Assembly (NCBI GenBank): GCA_963813535.1
Contig: CAWEZH010000002.1
Coordinates: 960,001 to 1,024,000, forward strand
DNA from: an uncultured Chloroflexia bacterium
GTDB lineage: Bacteria; Chloroflexota; Limnocylindria; Limnocylindrales; CSP1-4
DNA: 64,000 nt
Direction of reading: 5' to 3'
The notes below the pieces were generated by a model. It did not search any database. It saw nothing but the letters and a program-made list of their open reading frames with translations, and had not been told where the DNA came from. The position numbers and the translations under genes are program-made. How positions within the stretch are numbered: position 1 is the first letter of the stretch; each line of letters begins with the position of its first letter. Below are positions 59,269 through 64,000 of this stretch, piece by piece.

Positions 59269-60111
59269 CTAACGACCGAGGGCGGCGTCGATCGCCCGGC
59301 GCGTGTACACCTCGGCCATCTTGGATCGATAGTCCCGGTCGGCATAGAAGTCACCGTTGACGGTCTGGCCCTCGGTCACGTGAGCGGCCGCCGCCGCGAC
59401 CGCGCTCGGCGAGCCGTCGCCGCCCATCAGCGCGGATTCGACGGCCTTGGCCCGGTATGGCGCCTCCCCCACCCCGGTGATGGCGATACGGGCGTGCGAC
59501 ACGCTCCCGCCGCTCATCGCCACGACCGCGCCGACCCCGACGATCGCGTAGCCCGAAGCCGGATTCGCCATCTTCTTGTACGACCCGGCCGCACCCTCGG
59601 GGAGCGGACCCCGGATGATCCTGACGAGGATCTCATCGGGCCGGATCGCCGTCTCGAAGGCGCCGGTGAAGAAGCCGTCGAGGGGCACGGTCCGCTCACC
59701 GCTCGACGAGCGGAGCACCGTCGAATAGTCCAGGGCGAGTGCCAGCGCTGGTGCATCGCTGGCGGGATCAGCGTGACTGATCGACCCGCCGATCGTCCCG
59801 CGGTTGCGGACCTGGACGTCGCCGATCTGGGAGAGGCATTCCTGGGCGATCGGCAGCTTCGCGACTTCGAGGACCTCGGCGTACGTCGCCAGCGCGCCGA
59901 CTTCGAAGCCGCCATCCGCCGTGGGGCCGACCCGCTTCAGCTCGTCGATCCCGCCGATGTCGACCAGCTTCGTCGGTCGTGCCAGCCGCAGCTTCATCAG
60001 CGGCAGCAGGCTCATCCCACCGGCGATGATCTTGGCCTCACCGCCCGCCAGCGCCCCGAGCGCGTCCTCGATCGAGCTCGCCCGCTGGTAGTCGAACGCT
60101 GCCGGGATCAT
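59269..60111 (-). CDS. Mo-hydroxylase FAD subunit (CoxM/CutM-like, form II cluster)
   Basis: AGGMSLLPLMKLR, QVRNRGTIGGS.SHADP. Confidence 0.9.
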   Translation of the reverse strand: MIPAAFDYQRASSIEDALGALAGGEAKIIAGGMSLLPLMKLRLARPTKLVDIGGIDELKRVGPTADGGFEVGALATYAEVLEVAKLPIAQECLSQIGDVQVRNRGTIGGSISHADPASDAPALALALDYSTVLRSSSGERTVPLDGFFTGAFETAIRPDEILVRIIRGPLPEGAAGSYKKMANPASGYAIVGVGAVVAMSGGSVSHARIAITGVGEAPYRAKAVESALMGGDGSPSAVAAAAAHVTEGQTVNGDFYADRDYRSKMAEVYTRRAIDAALGR

Positions 60112-62531
60112 GCCTGGCCTCCCTTCGCCGACTGGATGGCTTGCCAGACCTTCTGTGGCGTGTACGGCATGTCGAGGTGCCGGATGCCGTGTGCGCCGAG
60201 CGCGTCGATCACGGCGTTGGCCACTGCGGCCGTGGATGCGATCGCGCCCGCTTCACCGACGCCCTTCACCCCGAGCGGGTTGACCGGCGAGGGGGTAACC
60301 GTCTTGTCGAGCTCGAAGTTCGGCAGTCGCGAGGCCTTGGGCAGCGCGTAGTCCATCATCGAGCCGGTCAGCAGCTGGCCGTCGTCGTTGTAGACCGCGC
60401 CCTCCCACAGCGCCTGGCCGACACCCTGGGCGATACCGCCGTGCAGCTGGCCGGCCACGATCAACGGGTTGATCTCGTTGCCAACGTCGTCGACCGCGAC
60501 GTAGCGCACGAGGTCGACCACACCGGTCTCCTCGTCGATCTCGACCGTCGCGATATGGGTGCCGAACGGCCACGTGCAGTTCGGCGTGTCGTAATAGGCC
60601 GTCTCGTCGAGATACGGCTCCATGCCCTCGGGAGCATCGAACGCCAGGTCGATGGCGAACGCGATCTCCTGGATCGTCTTCTTGCGGTCCGGCGAGCCCT
60701 TCACGCGGTATTCGGCACCGTCGATCTCGATGTCGTCGGGGGACGCCTCGAGCATGTGGGCGGCATAGCGCCGCGCCTTGTCACGGATCTTGTCCGTCGC
60801 CTTGATGGCGGCGGTCATCCCAACGGAGCTCGTCCGAGATCCGTAGGTCCCGTAGCCGAACGGCGTGCCCTGCGTGTCCGAGTGCTGGACGATGATGTCC
60901 TCCATCGGCACGCCGAGCTGGTCCGAGATGACCTGTGCGTACGTCGTCTCGTGGCCCTGGCCCTGTGGCTGGGTGCCCACGGTCGCGACGACCTTGCCGG
61001 TCAGGTGGACCTTGATGTTGGCCGACTCCCACATGGCCGCGCCCCAACCCTCGCCGACGGCACCGATCCACTTCGACGGGGCGACACCGCACACCTCGAT
61101 GTACGTGCTGAAGCCGACGCCGAGCAACTTGCCGCGGTCGCGCGCATCCGCCTTCTGGGCTGCGAGCGCCGGGTAGTCGACCATGGCCAGCGCCTTGTCC
61201 ATCGCCGGCTCGTAGTTGCCCGAGTCGATATAGATCTTGGCCCCGCCACTGGCGGTCCCGAGCCCCGACGGGTTGTCGTACGGGAACTGGTCGGGCTGGA
61301 TGAAGTTGCGCCGGCGGAGCTCGACGCGGTCCATGCCGATCTCGGCCGCGAAGAGGTCCATCGCCCGCTCGATGACATAGGTCGCCTCGGGACGACCGGC
61401 GCCGCGATAGGCGTCGACGAAGGTCGTGTTCGTGTAGACCCCAGTCACCTCGGCGTAGACGTTCGGGATCTTGTAGCAGCCGCTCAGGACGCGGGCGTAC
61501 AGCGTGGTCGGGATGCCCGGGCCGATGGTCGACAGCCGGCCGCCGAGGTTGGCATACGTCTTGACCCGCAGACCGGTGACCTCGCCGTCACGCTTGCCGG
61601 CGATCTCCAGGTACGTGATGTGGTCGCGACCGTGGATGGTCGACTGGTAGTTCTCGCGGCGGCCTTCGATCCACTTCACGGGCCGCCCGCCGATGGCCTT
61701 GCTCGCGAACATGCACAACGCCATGTCGGCGTAGGTGTAGATGCGCGAACCGAATGCGCCGCCGATATCTGGAGCGATGCAGCGGACCTTGTGCTCGGGG
61801 ATGCCGGTCACGAAGGCGGTCAGCAGCAGCCGCTGGATGTGCGGCGTCTGGCTCGACATCCAGACCGTGTATTCGTCGGTGCCGGGGTTGTACCAGCCGA
61901 TGTCGCCGCGGGTCTCGATCGAGTTCGGGATCAGACGCTGGTTGATGATCCGCTGCTTGACGACGACTTCCGCGCCATCGATCGCGGCGTCGGTGCCGGC
62001 CTTGTCGCCGACGTTCCATTCGAAGACGACATTCTTCGGTGCGTTCTCGTGGAGCTGTGGGGCTCCGGCTTCCATCGCCTTCTCGGCGTCGACCACGGCC
62101 GGCAGCGGCTCCCAGTCGACCTGGATGGCCTCCAGGGCGTCGACCGCCTGCTCCGGCGTGTCGGCGACCACCGCGGCCACGCCTTCGCCGGTCCACTTGA
62201 CGTCGTCCGTCGCCAGAACGCGCGGGGTGTTGACGTTGTTCTGGATGCCCGCGCTGCCACCGGCCGGCCACGCCATCGGCAGTGGGTTGTACGGGATGTC
62301 GGCACCGACGAACACGGCGTGGACGCCGGGCATCGTCTTGGCGGCGCTCGTGTCGATCGAGCGGATGTTGGCGTGCGCATACGGACTGCGCAGGATGGCC
62401 AGGTAGGTCATCGACTGCAGCTTGATGTCGTCGATGTAGCGGCCCTTGCCGGTGATGAACCGCGGGTCCTCGGTGCGTTTGATCGGCTGGCCGAGCGGCG
62501 TGGTCTTCGGGGCGTCGAGTACGTCGGTCAT
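60108..62531 (-). CDS. Mo-hydroxylase large subunit (form II CoxL-like / xanthine dehydrogenase family)
   Basis: AYRGAGRPEA loop without the Cu-binding Cys; GGAFG, QGQGHET, KGVGEAG; gene order S-L-M. Confidence 0.92.
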   Translation of the reverse strand: MTDVLDAPKTTPLGQPIKRTEDPRFITGKGRYIDDIKLQSMTYLAILRSPYAHANIRSIDTSAAKTMPGVHAVFVGADIPYNPLPMAWPAGGSAGIQNNVNTPRVLATDDVKWTGEGVAAVVADTPEQAVDALEAIQVDWEPLPAVVDAEKAMEAGAPQLHENAPKNVVFEWNVGDKAGTDAAIDGAEVVVKQRIINQRLIPNSIETRGDIGWYNPGTDEYTVWMSSQTPHIQRLLLTAFVTGIPEHKVRCIAPDIGGAFGSRIYTYADMALCMFASKAIGGRPVKWIEGRRENYQSTIHGRDHITYLEIAGKRDGEVTGLRVKTYANLGGRLSTIGPGIPTTLYARVLSGCYKIPNVYAEVTGVYTNTTFVDAYRGAGRPEATYVIERAMDLFAAEIGMDRVELRRRNFIQPDQFPYDNPSGLGTASGGAKIYIDSGNYEPAMDKALAMVDYPALAAQKADARDRGKLLGVGFSTYIEVCGVAPSKWIGAVGEGWGAAMWESANIKVHLTGKVVATVGTQPQGQGHETTYAQVISDQLGVPMEDIIVQHSDTQGTPFGYGTYGSRTSSVGMTAAIKATDKIRDKARRYAAHMLEASPDDIEIDGAEYRVKGSPDRKKTIQEIAFAIDLAFDAPEGMEPYLDETAYYDTPNCTWPFGTHIATVEIDEETGVVDLVRYVAVDDVGNEINPLIVAGQLHGGIAQGVGQALWEGAVYNDDGQLLTGSMMDYALPKASRLPNFELDKTVTPSPVNPLGVKGVGEAGAIASTAAVANAVIDALGAHGIRHLDMPYTPQKVWQAIQSAKGGQA

Positions 62532-62547
62532 CGTTCCTCTCCCCGGA

Positions 62548-63042
<495 letters not shown>

Positions 63043-63195
63043 GGGCCGGACCTCCTTCGACGACGACTGTGACGCGGACTCGGGGTTCGCGACAGGGTCA
63101 GGATGCATGTGTCCGCTGGAGCAGAGGACCTCGCCCCGGCTGGCTCCTCGTGCCGGTGGGAGGGACTGCGATGGTCCCACCGTCGAGGGTCGGAA

Positions 63196-63999
63196 TCAAG
63201 TGCGGTCGGCACCCGTCGCGCGCGGTCGCCGGCCCCGTCCCGGAGGCGACGGCTCGACCCGGCCGAGTGCGGCCGAACGGCTGTCGATTGCGCGCGGGTC
63301 GAGGGCCTGGCGCCGCTCCTCGGGCGAGGCGGTCACGAGCCGCGCGGCCTCGCCGAGGCGACGGACCTTGGTCGCGGCCTCGTCCCAGATCAGTGCCCCC
63401 ATGGATCCCGAGGTGGCGAGACCGACCCGGTCGATGCCCCTGCCCGCGCTGGCCGCGGCGTAGCGCGCGGCCCACAGGAGGAGTTCCGGGCCGTCGTCAC
63501 TGCCCGCGTGTGCCGACAGTGCCCCGCAGATCAGTCCGCGCTCGGTCGGTGCCCTGACCGCGAGTCGCCAGTTGTCCGGCCCGTTGATGAGATCGACCGC
63601 GAGGCTCGAATAGGCGCCCGCGAGGATGGTCTCGATCCCCGCGATGTCGGCATTTCCGCCGGTGATCGCGAGCGTGAGATGCACATCCGTGCCGAGATCC
63701 GCGGTCAACTCGCGATGTGCGGCGGCATAGCGCTCCCGTGCTTCGTCGTTCGACCCGATCGTCGTCGCGCCGGGCTCGTGGACTTCGATCAATCGACAGC
63801 CCGCGTCGGCGAGGGCCAGGATGTCGCGCCGCACCTCCCCGACGTCGCGTGTCGAGGACCACGGTCCGACGATCACGGCCTTGACCAGGCGGTCGGAGCG
63901 CTCCGAGGTCGCCCGCCACGACCCGATGATGTCGTCCGGATGTCGCGGCCAGCCGCCATCGGTCGCGGGTTCGAGGCCGTGTTCGGCCTGCAGCTCGAG
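63196..63999 (-). CDS. Divergent MetE-like (cobalamin-independent methionine synthase barrel) protein, 5'-truncated by the window
   Basis: Q..HGLE..TDG, KAVIVGP.S, LADAGC.LIEVHEP and K...L patterns. Confidence 0.55.
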   Translation of the reverse strand, partial: LELQAEHGLEPATDGGWPRHPDDIIGSWRATSERSDRLVKAVIVGPWSSTRDVGEVRRDILALADAGCRLIEVHEPGATTIGSNDEARERYAAAHRELTADLGTDVHLTLAITGGNADIAGIETILAGAYSSLAVDLINGPDNWRLAVRAPTERGLICGALSAHAGSDDGPELLLWAARYAAASAGRGIDRVGLATSGSMGALIWDEAATKVRRLGEAARLVTASPEERRQALDPRAIDSRSAALGRVEPSPPGRGRRPRATGADRT

Positions 64000-64000
64000 G

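Noticed and set aside
60108-62531. Second true CO dehydrogenase
   Set aside because: It lacks the AYXCSFR Cu-ligating cysteine; AYRGAGR indicates form II or another Mo-hydroxylase.

Overview
High-GC bacterial chromosomal window. Gene content and style suggest a soil or freshwater Chloroflexota (Limnocylindria/Ellin6529-like) or actinobacterium; this is inference. Left part: a polyamine ABC operon whose ATPase is fused in frame to the binding protein, plus amine and choline catabolism genes, an aldolase and an AAA+/VWA pair. At 23-27.4 kb an ABC-2 exporter/rsgA/GNAT operon sits behind a promoter-uORF-antiterminator-terminator leader that looks like a ribosome-sensing attenuator. The centre and right carry a form I aerobic CO dehydrogenase (coxMSL, AYRCSFR motif, with coxF-YHS and coxG). 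They also carry a separate coxD/coxE/xdhC/mocA-like accessory block with a glycogen-debranching gene inserted, and a second form II-type Mo-hydroxylase (AYRGAGR). Accessory patches include a truncated ArsR gene with a transposase-like remnant, an IniA/IniC-like dynamin pair with a membrane-anchored Hsp70-ATPase protein, a speE gene bracketed by 24-bp direct repeats, and two arrays of spaced palindromes. Five genes show single frameshifts, probably long-read errors. No rRNA, tRNA or CRISPR-cas was recognised.
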